Positions 9,173 to 16,647 of a stretch of 58,047 nt of DNA are shown here, one piece after another (the stretch's first letter is position 1; the number at the start of each line of letters is the position of its first letter). A program made the translations under genes and the position numbers. This DNA is from Clostridiales bacterium (GTDB lineage: Bacteria > Bacillota > Clostridia > Acetivibrionales > JBDMZA01), in assembly GCA_039770155.1 (NCBI GenBank), contig JBDMZA010000668.1, positions 1 through 58,047 on the forward strand. The letters are read 5' to 3'. Under the pieces are notes generated by a model. The model worked only from the letters and a program-made list of their open reading frames with translations, had not been told where the DNA came from and ran no database searches.

Positions 9173-9288
9173 AGTTTAAGGACAAAAGTTTAAAGATAAA
9201 AAGTTAAGGATATCTTTAAACTAAAAAGTTAAGGATAAAAAAAAGTTAAAGATATCTTTAACTTTTTGGGTTAATAATATCCTTAACT
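9173..9288. repeat. Cluster of AGTT(T)AA(G/A)GATA repeats, including a perfect 20-bp palindrome AGTTAAAGATATCTTTAACT (9244-9263)
   Basis: Five direct and three inverted copies were read directly. They lie between the 354-aa gene and the RHH/GIY-YIG genes. Confidence 0.7.
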
Positions 9289-10322
9289 TTATTAAGATTA
9301 TTTTTGTATGATTTTTTCCCTTTAGTCATTATGATATCTTTATCTTTAAGATACTTTCTTAATTTTTTAAGATTATATTCATCTTTTATTTCAAACAAAT
9401 CTTTAATTTTTGTCCACGAAATTAACTCTCCATCACTGAATTCATCAGTAATATACTTAGCTATTTCGATAAATCTCATATCAAAAACTTTATGATTTTT
9501 TTTGCTAGTGTTAAGATTATCCTTAGCTTTATCTTTAAGATTTTCTTTAGTATTGTCCTTAACTTTTTCTTCTTTTATATCCTTAACATCTTTAACTTTA
9601 TCCTTAGAAATATCTTTAACTTGTATAATATCTTTATCCTTAATATCATTAACTATATCTTTAACTTTTTCTTCTTTTATATCCTTATCTTTTTCTTCTT
9701 TAACTTTTATATCCTTAAAATTTCTAAAAGATTGAACATTATTCTTCATATCATTTTTCAGAGCTATCAACTTTATTGTAACAATGTCCAACCCTGCACA
9801 TATTAATGCAGTAATAATAATTTCTAGGATAGACATTTCCTTGAAGTACATCATAAAAAACCTGAAGTTATAGTATATACTGCTAGCAACAATCAAATAC
9901 TGAGCAATCTTAAAGCCCCAGTAGTGATTGTAGTATCTCTCTTTTATAACTGATTCTCGCGAAGTCGCGATAAATACGATACTTTGCAAAAATCCAATTA
10001 TAGCTATATATGTAATGTTTGCAGTATTTAACGTATCAATATCAAAAAAATCAATCTTTTCTGTACCTGCCAAGGTTAAGCACACACTTGTGAAAAAGCC
10101 AAAAAAAGAAAAAAATGTTAAAAGCTTTGTTTTTCTTAGCTTCTTTTTATGCCTTAGTTTTATTTCTAAATCCTGAATGTTATCTTTTATTTCTAGTTTA
10201 TCGATATCATTTTTGAGTGTAGTCAGTTTTATTTCGTTTATATCTTTGTTCCCTTTGCTGAATGTTTTTATTAACTGAATTCTTGCATTAAACAAAAATT
10301 CAATTGGTGATAGTATTTTCAT
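9258..10322 (-). CDS. Polytopic membrane protein with a charged KD-rich repeat linker and a C-terminal winged-helix-like domain
   Basis: About four TM segments lie in the centre. The repeats are KDIKEEKVKD / VKDVKD. The C-terminal region FIEIAKYITDEF...KKLRKYLKDKDIIMTKG looks like a wH domain (inference). Confidence 0.5.
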   Translation of the reverse strand: MKILSPIEFLFNARIQLIKTFSKGNKDINEIKLTTLKNDIDKLEIKDNIQDLEIKLRHKKKLRKTKLLTFFSFFGFFTSVCLTLAGTEKIDFFDIDTLNTANITYIAIIGFLQSIVFIATSRESVIKERYYNHYWGFKIAQYLIVASSIYYNFRFFMMYFKEMSILEIIITALICAGLDIVTIKLIALKNDMKNNVQSFRNFKDIKVKEEKDKDIKEEKVKDIVNDIKDKDIIQVKDISKDKVKDVKDIKEEKVKDNTKENLKDKAKDNLNTSKKNHKVFDMRFIEIAKYITDEFSDGELISWTKIKDLFEIKDEYNLKKLRKYLKDKDIIMTKGKKSYKNNLNKVKDIINPKS

Positions 10323-10522
10323 AATATTGCGCCTCCCCTACAATATGTTTAACCAGGGATATTTCACCCCAGTTAAAACAAAATCATTATCTTAATTCTA
10401 ACTTTCTCCTTTATTTCTTTTTGAATGTTTCTTTAACAGTTTTTTTATTTTCTTCTAATCTTTTTAATCTGTCATTTCTGTCATTTTCTTGTTTTTTTTG
10501 AACTTTATTTTTCTTTTCCATT

Positions 10523-10711
10523 TTATATTGTCACCTCCTCACAAGGGATGTCGCCATCCCATTCGGTTATAAAAGTGTTGTACTCTTCTTTTTTGCAGGT
10601 TACTAAGTATTCTTTATTACCGCCGGGTGTTATTCCGGCAATAGACATTTCCTTATTAAATTCGCAATTTTGGCACTTTATAAATTTACCGCTCCCAAAG
10701 TACTTTCCCAT
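10523..10711 (-). CDS. Small Cys-containing (Zn-finger-like) protein
   Basis: It carries CQNC ... C ... C residues. Confidence 0.4.
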   Translation of the reverse strand: MGKYFGSGKFIKCQNCEFNKEMSIAGITPGGNKEYLVTCKKEEYNTFITEWDGDIPCEEVTI

Positions 10712-10754
10712 TTAATTTATCCTTTCATTTCTTTTATTTTCTAATGATACAAAA

Positions 10755-11594
10755 TTACAAGTTCATAGATATTTGATTATCATATACTTTTTCTTTCTTT
10801 GTTTCACTTATCCACCAATTCATCACATCTTCCCCAGTTTCCCAAGTTGTTTTCATAGTTTTTTTCTTTCTTTGTATTAACATTTTTTCAAATGCTAATA
10901 TATATAATTTTCTAAATTTAGGATATTTAGAAAATTCTATTTTTTGTCTTTTGCAACCTGCCATAGGACAACCAATGCAACCTAATCGCTTATATCCTTC
11001 ATCATATAATTTACAGTATTTCAAAGGCTCATTGTATATAAAATTCCAAACTTCTTGATCTGTCCAATCAACAATTGGATTTAATATAAATTTTCCTTTT
11101 TTTATGCAATTTTCTAACATCATTCTGCCTTCATCATTGTCATTTGTATGTATTTGATATTTTTTATTTTTATGGAAGTTTTCTATCATTGATCTATTCT
11201 TTTTTCTTTTATTTGATTCTGCCCATCTTACTCCAGTTATAACAAATCTTCCTTCTCCTCCCCTTTCTTTTAATTCAGAACAGCAATACCTAACTAGTCT
11301 GGTCGGTGGCATTAATTTTTACTCTATTAATCTCCACATGCTTTTTTCATGCATGTTAAAGTTAACATTTTTATAATTTTCTTTTATAAAATAATATAGT
11401 TCTGGATTATCTATTCCAGTTACATTATAATTTGCCGAAATTTTTACCTTTGCTAATTCTGCTAGGCGGTGGATTACGATTGAATCTTTACCGCCTGAAA
11501 AAGCTAGCCAATAGCCTTCTGGTGGTTCAAATGTTTTTATTCTTTCAATAGCTGTTTCAATATGATTATTTTTAAACATAGATATTTGATCCAT
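10755..11594 (-). pseudogene. PAPS-reductase / PP-loop family gene (DndC/IbrA-like) interrupted by a single in-frame TAA at 11319-11321
   Basis: The N-terminal half has the PP-loop FSGGKDS. The C-terminal half has PPTRLVRYCCSELKE and a CIGCPMAGC cluster. Both ORFs are in the same frame, separated by TAA-AAA-TTA before an ATG. Confidence 0.7.
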
Positions 11595-11652
11595 CGTAAT
11601 TACCTCCGTTTTTTTTAATTTTACAATTGAACAAAATTACTGTTTTGTATCA

Positions 11653-12186
11653 TTAATATTGACATCCTTTTTCACAAACTTTTTGTTCATGTTTTTTTAA
11701 TTTTTCAACATTTTTCCAAGTTAAAGCAACATATCCTTCGAAACCAGTGCCGCAATCATCAAAATCACAAGTCGTTGATGTTGAATATCTATAAATTCCT
11801 GGCTCAATCATTTTATAATGGCTATAAAATCCATAATCACCACCATTATCAGAATGTCTTCCTGAAATTACATCTGTAAATTCAAAATCACCTTGTGCCA
11901 GTTCATCAGGATGATAATTTTTTATATATTCTCGTACTTCTTTTATTTCTTTATTTTCTTCATATTCTTTTATTTTATCTAAAACTAATTGCAAATTATC
12001 ATTTATTAATTCCCAATCTCCAAACCAATTATTATTTTCTTTATTGTATTTATAGACCATTAAAAACCCATTTATATTCCATCCGCTAGTTGCATTAATG
12101 TTGGTATCTTCAAAAAAATATGCAAAACCTTCTTGAAAATTAAAGCCTAAATATTGTTCATTTTTATGAAAAATTTTTATTTTCAT
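11653..12186 (-). CDS. Hypothetical protein
   Basis: A long ORF in the operon with no motif. Confidence 0.5.
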   Translation of the reverse strand: MKIKIFHKNEQYLGFNFQEGFAYFFEDTNINATSGWNINGFLMVYKYNKENNNWFGDWELINDNLQLVLDKIKEYEENKEIKEVREYIKNYHPDELAQGDFEFTDVISGRHSDNGGDYGFYSHYKMIEPGIYRYSTSTTCDFDDCGTGFEGYVALTWKNVEKLKKHEQKVCEKGCQY

Positions 12187-12278
12187 AATTTAAAATTCCT
12201 CCTTTTAATTTTTTTTAGAGTGTAATTACTCTATGCAACCTACCTTTTTAGATAGACTGCAACAATAATTAGCTATCA

Positions 12279-12572
12279 TTATTTAAATCTTATAAATGCG
12301 TTTTCGTCGTACCAGTCAGCTTTATCGAATATTTCTGCGATTACATCGCCTCTAAAACTTAATTCTTTCCACATTGGTTCTGTCTCTATTGTTTTTATAT
12401 TTTCGCCACAATCTACTTTCATCCATAAATTTTTATTTATGAAACTTTCATTTTTTTCAAAGTCAATTACTTTTATGTTGTAGGTACTTAATATTTTTAG
12501 GTACTCTTCGTGTGTTTTCCCGATGGCTTTTTTCGGTAAAAACTTAACGTTTAAATTTTCTAATATTCTCAT
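12279..12572 (-). CDS. Hypothetical protein
   Basis: An ORF with an RBS and no motif. Confidence 0.5.
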   Translation of the reverse strand: MRILENLNVKFLPKKAIGKTHEEYLKILSTYNIKVIDFEKNESFINKNLWMKVDCGENIKTIETEPMWKELSFRGDVIAEIFDKADWYDENAFIRFK

Positions 12573-12639
12573 AATAATTCCTCCGTTTTTTTATTTCTTC
12601 TAATGAGACAAAATTACTGTTTTTTCTCATTAGAGTTAA

Positions 12640-12843
12640 TTACTTTACGCTTGTATTATAAAATGTAATTTTCCCATTTTTACAATCGCATTTCCCATAT
12701 TGAGATTCGCCAATTCCCTTACATTTATAGCAATTCTCAATTTTCTTCTCAATTTTTATCTTATTTACTGGCATGCCGCATTGCATGCAATTCCCAGCAA
12801 ATGATGATACTTTATTTGAACATTCTGGACAACGAATAATCAT
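12640..12843 (-). CDS. Zn-ribbon protein
   Basis: It carries CPEC...CMQC plus CYKC...CDC. Confidence 0.5.
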   Translation of the reverse strand: MIIRCPECSNKVSSFAGNCMQCGMPVNKIKIEKKIENCYKCKGIGESQYGKCDCKNGKITFYNTSVK

Positions 12844-13424
12844 TTGTTACACCTCCAAGTAAATTTTTTTTTAATGTTTTTTAGAAATGATTTTATTTTT
12901 ATTTTATTTTTATGTTTCATCACAAATATACTGCATAAGCAGTCATAGTAAGGGTTGTGTTGTTTAGGTTTTCTGCTTGCAATATCATGTAAGATATAAC
13001 TTGCATTGTACTTAGTATAATATTTTTCTCTGTCTATAGATGAATCAACAAAATTACATACATCCATTAAAGGATAAGGCATATTAAATTGTCTTTCAGT
13101 CAAATTATCTTTTGCCACATCTGACAAAAAGTTTGTTTCTACGGGATAATTACAATCACTGTATACATCACAATTATCTTTATATTTTAAATAAAAGTTA
13201 TAAAATTTATTTCTTAAAACTTCTAATGATTCAACAGTTTTTATTCCTTTTAAACTGGGTAAGACATTTTCCTTTACCCAATCAACGGATATTTCTATAT
13301 CTGTTTTTAGCGTAAGGGAATCAATTAGATTCCCTTTTTTATCAGCAACTACAGCGGAAAAACAAAACGCTTTTCCATATAGCCCGTCACTTTCAACATC
13401 AAACATAAATATATTTTTTTTCAT
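12840..13424 (-). CDS. DEDD-family 3'-5' exonuclease (DnaQ-like fold)
   Basis: Exo I is MFDVESDG and Exo III-like is HNPYYDC. The gene sits in a replication/recombination context. Confidence 0.55.
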   Translation of the reverse strand: MKKNIFMFDVESDGLYGKAFCFSAVVADKKGNLIDSLTLKTDIEISVDWVKENVLPSLKGIKTVESLEVLRNKFYNFYLKYKDNCDVYSDCNYPVETNFLSDVAKDNLTERQFNMPYPLMDVCNFVDSSIDREKYYTKYNASYILHDIASRKPKQHNPYYDCLCSIFVMKHKNKIKIKSFLKNIKKKFTWRCNK

Positions 13425-13449
13425 GATATTTCCTCCAATAAATTTTTAT

Positions 13450-13773
13450 TTAATCATCAAACAAGTTTCTCTGGTTATCATAAGTTTCTGATTTTTTATA
13501 CACCAAGCTGCACTTTTCGCATTTAAATATTGTAATCCCTAATGAGAAATTCGTGCCAATGAGTGTGTCTTTACACTCCACACATTCTATTGTATCAATG
13601 CTTTTGCAGGTTAATTTTTTGTTACAATTGTCGCATGTTTTAATGTTAAATTCTTCTGTTATTTTAATTTTATTTTTTTTGTTACAACAAGGGCAAATTA
13701 ACATTTTACCCTCTTCTTGTTGTATTTGTTGTCTTGTGTCGTAAACATAAGACACTTCAAAATATTTTTTCAT
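13450..13773 (-). CDS. Multi-CxxC Zn-ribbon protein
   Basis: It carries CPCC, CDNC, CVEC and CEKC pairs. Confidence 0.5.
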   Translation of the reverse strand: MKKYFEVSYVYDTRQQIQQEEGKMLICPCCNKKNKIKITEEFNIKTCDNCNKKLTCKSIDTIECVECKDTLIGTNFSLGITIFKCEKCSLVYKKSETYDNQRNLFDD

Positions 13774-13842
13774 GGTTATTCCTCCATTTTTTTATTTTAA
13801 TTCTTCTACACAGCCTACCTATTAGATAAGCTGTACCAAGAA

Positions 13843-14166
13843 TTAAACAGTTCTTACAAGAAGTTTGAAGCTATATCCTATTTTTTCAAGGTCTTCTTTT
13901 GATAATATTTCGCCTTCTGGAGGTCTTCCATTTAGCTTAAAGCATAATGCTTGCTGTTCTTTTTCCTGAGAAAATAATATTCTATTCACAGGAATCTCAA
14001 CATCTAATAGACTTGTTAATATTTGAGCTGTGCTATTATGTCCAACCGCAGACAATATTTCACTTTCACTAACAAGTTTTTTTGCTTCTTCTAGAGATAT
14101 AGTTTTTAAACTATAATCTCCGTCGTTTGTAATTATTGTCGTATTTAATATTGCTAATTTTTTCAT
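13843..14166 (-). CDS. DUF1874 (STIV B116 / YddF-like) protein
   Basis: The full-length pattern ILNTTIITNDGDY...ISLEEAK...SAVGHNSTAQILTSLL...PVNR...GRPPEGEILS...IGYSFKLL matches the remembered family consensus. Confidence 0.7.
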   Translation of the reverse strand: MKKLAILNTTIITNDGDYSLKTISLEEAKKLVSESEILSAVGHNSTAQILTSLLDVEIPVNRILFSQEKEQQALCFKLNGRPPEGEILSKEDLEKIGYSFKLLVRTV

Positions 14167-14208
14167 AATAATTCTCCTTAAATTTTATTTTATTTTTCTG
14201 TTTCCAGA

Positions 14209-14234
14209 GAGCCACCGAGGGACTCGAACCCTCG
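14209..14234 (-). other. tRNA 3'-end-like fragment (T-arm plus acceptor strand), not a complete tRNA
   Basis: The minus strand reads CGAGGGTTCGAGTCCCTCGGTGGCTC. This gives a 5-bp stem GAGGG/CCCTC with the canonical TTCGAGT T-loop. No matching 5' acceptor strand or anticodon arm is found upstream. Confidence 0.4.
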
Positions 14235-14248
14235 TATACCATTGTGAC

Positions 14249-14680
14249 TTATTTTTCGCTTAATAACTGTTTTAATATTGCTTCTGCTTCTCTTCCACCT
14301 AGACTTGCTAAATGATTATTTATTAATGCTTCTGTAGTTTCAACATATGATTCACTTTTCCCACCATCTTTTATTTTATTTACTCTTTTCATAATCCGTT
14401 CATTTTTTCTTATTTCTTCAATTTCTTTTTCAATTTCAATTTTTCTATATCTTTCAATCAACAAAGATGCTGAATCAAATCTCATTTTTATAAAAGTTTC
14501 TGCTTTATCAATTGCTTTTATATTTTCTAATGCTGTTTTCATATCATTTTCTTTAAATCCAGCCATTCTTAGTTGTTTTTCAGTTCCATATGCGTTTTCC
14601 ATTTTTCCAATTATTTTTGTCCTTATATTATCCGCCCATTTCACTTGTTTTTCAGTTCCTTGTAATTTTTCCATAATCAA
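14249..14680 (-). CDS. Hypothetical protein with duplicated GTEKQ motifs
   Basis: The ORF carries GTEKQVKWADNIR and GTEKQLRMAG, and a consensus promoter lies upstream. Confidence 0.5.
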   Translation of the reverse strand: MIMEKLQGTEKQVKWADNIRTKIIGKMENAYGTEKQLRMAGFKENDMKTALENIKAIDKAETFIKMRFDSASLLIERYRKIEIEKEIEEIRKNERIMKRVNKIKDGGKSESYVETTEALINNHLASLGGREAEAILKQLLSEK

Positions 14681-14732
14681 TCTCCTTAAATTTTATTTTT
14701 TATTTTAGTTTATTAACTTAACTTCTAATACT

Positions 14733-14761
14733 ATTATAATCCCTAGTATATACTTTGTCAA
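14733..14761 (-). promoter_or_regulatory. Consensus sigma-70-type promoter (TTGACA-17 nt-TATAAT)
   Basis: The minus strand reads TTGACAaagtatatactagggatTATAAT. It is part of a repeat of about 50 bp that is also found at 15434-15483. Confidence 0.7.
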
Positions 14762-14844
14762 TACTTTGTTAATACTTTTATTATTACAAAATGGTTACAA
14801 AGGTTAAAGAGATCCAGTTAGAAGAAACCAAAAAAAAGAACTTC

Positions 14845-15075
14845 CTAGAATGGAAGATCACTTTCAATTATTTCTTTTTCAATTTGGTTTTGCCTTTCAA
14901 TAAATTTTTCGATTCTCGTTGAATCCTCTTCTGTCAGTACCCAGCTATTGAGCTGGGTATCAAAAAATTCTGTGAAATCTTCATTTGTGTTTCCTTTCTT
15001 AACTGAATCTTTTTTTCTCTTTTCAGTATTTAAAAATATACTAAATAATTTTGACATATTGTTTATTCCCTCCAT
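14845..15075 (-). CDS. Hypothetical protein
   Basis: An ORF in the operon with an RBS (ggaggg). Confidence 0.45.
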   Translation of the reverse strand: MEGINNMSKLFSIFLNTEKRKKDSVKKGNTNEDFTEFFDTQLNSWVLTEEDSTRIEKFIERQNQIEKEIIESDLPF

Positions 15076-15085
15076 TTTTTTATTT

Positions 15086-15427
15086 TTATGCTTCTATATC
15101 TATAGAAATAGGCTTATTGAAATCCCTACTATCTGTATATTTGTATCCATTCTCTTTGTTTCTTCCTGCAAAGCCTACGTATTCAGCTTTACAATTAGTG
15201 AAGTCTGGCGTAAACCTGACTTCTTCTTCTTCGTAGTAATCAACAGTTATGTCATCGGTCAATGTTACGATATAACAATGGCCTTCGCCTCTATCATCTG
15301 TAAAAAAACATGTTTCAATTGCTTCAAAGAAATCTATTAATTCATCACTTTTATGGTATAACTTTGTTCCTTCTTTTAATATTCTTGTATCTGTTTGCTC
15401 TTCTAACCACATAATTAAGCTCCTCAA
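15086..15427 (-). CDS. Hypothetical acidic protein
   Basis: It is the first ORF downstream of the consensus promoter at 15449-15477. Confidence 0.5.
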   Translation of the reverse strand: MRSLIMWLEEQTDTRILKEGTKLYHKSDELIDFFEAIETCFFTDDRGEGHCYIVTLTDDITVDYYEEEEVRFTPDFTNCKAEYVGFAGRNKENGYKYTDSRDFNKPISIDIEA

Positions 15428-15448
15428 ATTTATTTAACTTCTAATACT

Positions 15449-15477
15449 ATTATAATCCCTAGTGCATACTTTGTCAA
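15449..15477 (-). promoter_or_regulatory. Consensus sigma-70-type promoter (TTGACA-17 nt-TATAAT)
   Basis: The minus strand reads TTGACAaagtatgcactagggatTATAAT. Confidence 0.7.
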
Positions 15478-15513
15478 TACTTTTTATCTATTTAGTATTG
15501 ACAAAGTATGCAC
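15462..15513. promoter_or_regulatory. Perfect 20-bp inverted repeat (GTGCATACTTTGTCAATACT / AGTATTGACAAAGTATGCAC, 12-nt spacer) covering the -35 boxes of divergent promoters; candidate operator
   Basis: Both arms were read directly and are exact reverse complements. Confidence 0.7.
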
Positions 15514-15527
15514 GAATTTGGTATGAT
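15498..15527 (+). promoter_or_regulatory. Sigma-70-type promoter (TTGACA-18 nt-TATGAT) for the small plus-strand gene
   Basis: The plus strand reads TTGACAaagtatgcacgaatttggTATGAT. Confidence 0.6.
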
Positions 15528-15565
15528 TATTGTAGCAGCAAAATTTATTTTTAAGGAGAAAAAAT

Positions 15566-15748
15566 ATGTTAAAAGAAAAAATAAACATTGAAGATATAAT
15601 AGGGCACGAAAAAAAAACAAACAGAGGTTATAAAATAGAGCCTTCATTTTACTTCGAAGTTAAGGATCTTATTAAAAGGAAAACAGGAAAGCCAATTGGA
15701 AGCTTCATCTACGAAAAGTTATTAGAATTCGTAAAGGAGAATCAATAA
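15566..15748 (+). CDS. Small DNA-binding-like protein (possible ribbon-helix-helix regulator)
   Basis: This 60-aa ORF is divergent from the minus-strand operon at the palindromic operator. Its C-terminal half has a beta-helix-helix-like pattern. The call is tentative. Confidence 0.4.
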   Translation: MLKEKINIEDIIGHEKKTNRGYKIEPSFYFEVKDLIKRKTGKPIGSFIYEKLLEFVKENQ

Positions 15749-15755
15749 CTAAAAA

Positions 15756-15780
15756 AAGCTGTAAATTTACAGCTTTTTTT
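15756..15780. terminator. Bidirectional terminator hairpin
   Basis: The stem aaagctgtaaa / tttacagcttt is flanked by an A-run and a T-run, between convergent genes. Confidence 0.6.
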
Positions 15781-16243
15781 TAATGTATTGTTCAAATATC
15801 TTTATCATAAATTCTGCCGTATTTTCCTTTTTGCCAAAATAAATTTCTGCAATCAACCCTTTTTCTTTCCAACTTTTTAAGGAAGCCAAGAAGGCGTTTG
15901 GGTGAAACTTACTTCTATAATTATGCATTTTTATATTTTTGTAATTAGACTCAACTAAAAGAATAATGTCTTGGTTCCTGTTTTTAGCCCTGTTAAATTC
16001 TTCTTTAAAAGTTTTTCTTGTTTTTGTAAAATTTAAAGCTAGTTCATCCAAGGAAGCTTTTCTCTCAATTGAAAATATGTTAGAATAATCTTTATCTCTA
16101 AACCAAAATGAGTAATCACCGGAATCAATTTTTTTTATTTCAAATTGGATATTATTTTTTTTTAAGTATTTTAAGATATGGTATATTTTTTTCTCTCTAG
16201 TATCTATAATTACTTTATCTATGTTCATATCCTTCAGCTCCAC
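15767..16243 (-). CDS. ERCC4-type (XPF/Mus81/Hef-like) nuclease domain protein
   Basis: The sequence IIDTREKK ... SGDYSF ... IERKASLDEL matches the GDxn-ERKx3D signature. Confidence 0.6.
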   Translation of the reverse strand: MELKDMNIDKVIIDTREKKIYHILKYLKKNNIQFEIKKIDSGDYSFWFRDKDYSNIFSIERKASLDELALNFTKTRKTFKEEFNRAKNRNQDIILLVESNYKNIKMHNYRSKFHPNAFLASLKSWKEKGLIAEIYFGKKENTAEFMIKIFEQYIKKKL

Positions 16244-16326
16244 TACTCATTAATATTTCAAAACAATACCTATATACAAAAGATATTAATACAATTGCAA
16301 ATACAAAAGCAAAGTAAATCATGGAA

Positions 16327-16623
16327 TCACCTCATTTCTTCAAAAATTTGAATAAGTTTATTTGCTTCTAACTGGAATTCTTTTTCGTCTTGTATTGCCC
16401 TAAAAACAAACCCTGTACCAGCTTTATTTGCTTCATATATATTAATTGCTTTCAGTCCGAGCAAGAGGTTCCGAATTAAAATACTAATCTTAATTAAATT
16501 ATATATGTTTATATCCCTTTCTTTAAGTGTTTTTGTCATTTTCTTGTATCTTTTTTTTATATATTTACTTTCACTTTCTTTTAGTTCTGTTATACTTAAA
16601 TTGCTTGTTTGTTTTTTATCCAT
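16327..16623 (-). CDS. Hypothetical protein
   Basis: An ORF between the helicase and nuclease genes. Confidence 0.45.
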   Translation of the reverse strand: MDKKQTSNLSITELKESESKYIKKRYKKMTKTLKERDINIYNLIKISILIRNLLLGLKAINIYEANKAGTGFVFRAIQDEKEFQLEANKLIQIFEEMR

Positions 16624-16647
16624 ATAAACAATTTATAAAAAGAGTGC

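Noticed and set aside
9304-9806. Plus-strand ORFs 9304..9495, 9492..9806 and 9502..9735. The periodic repeats here could also be mistaken for a CRISPR array.
   Set aside because: They are antisense to the 354-aa gene. The repeats have irregular spacing, keep the minus-strand ORF open, and encode a KD-rich linker. This is not a repeat-spacer organisation.
10755-11594. The in-frame TAA in the PAPS-reductase gene could be evidence for stop-codon reassignment or an alternative genetic code.
   Set aside because: All other long genes (801-aa helicase, 1014-aa tape measure, portal, TerL and others) are open in the standard code. TAA, TAG (for example the end of 24924..26450) and TGA (the end of the gpG-like ORF) are all seen functioning as gene ends. 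A single TAA does not support recoding.
14150-14260. A complete tRNA gene.
   Set aside because: Only the T-arm and the 3' acceptor strand are present. The expected 5' acceptor complement (AGCCACC or GAGCCAC), D-arm and anticodon arm are absent, and the upstream sequence is the 3' end of a protein-coding ORF.
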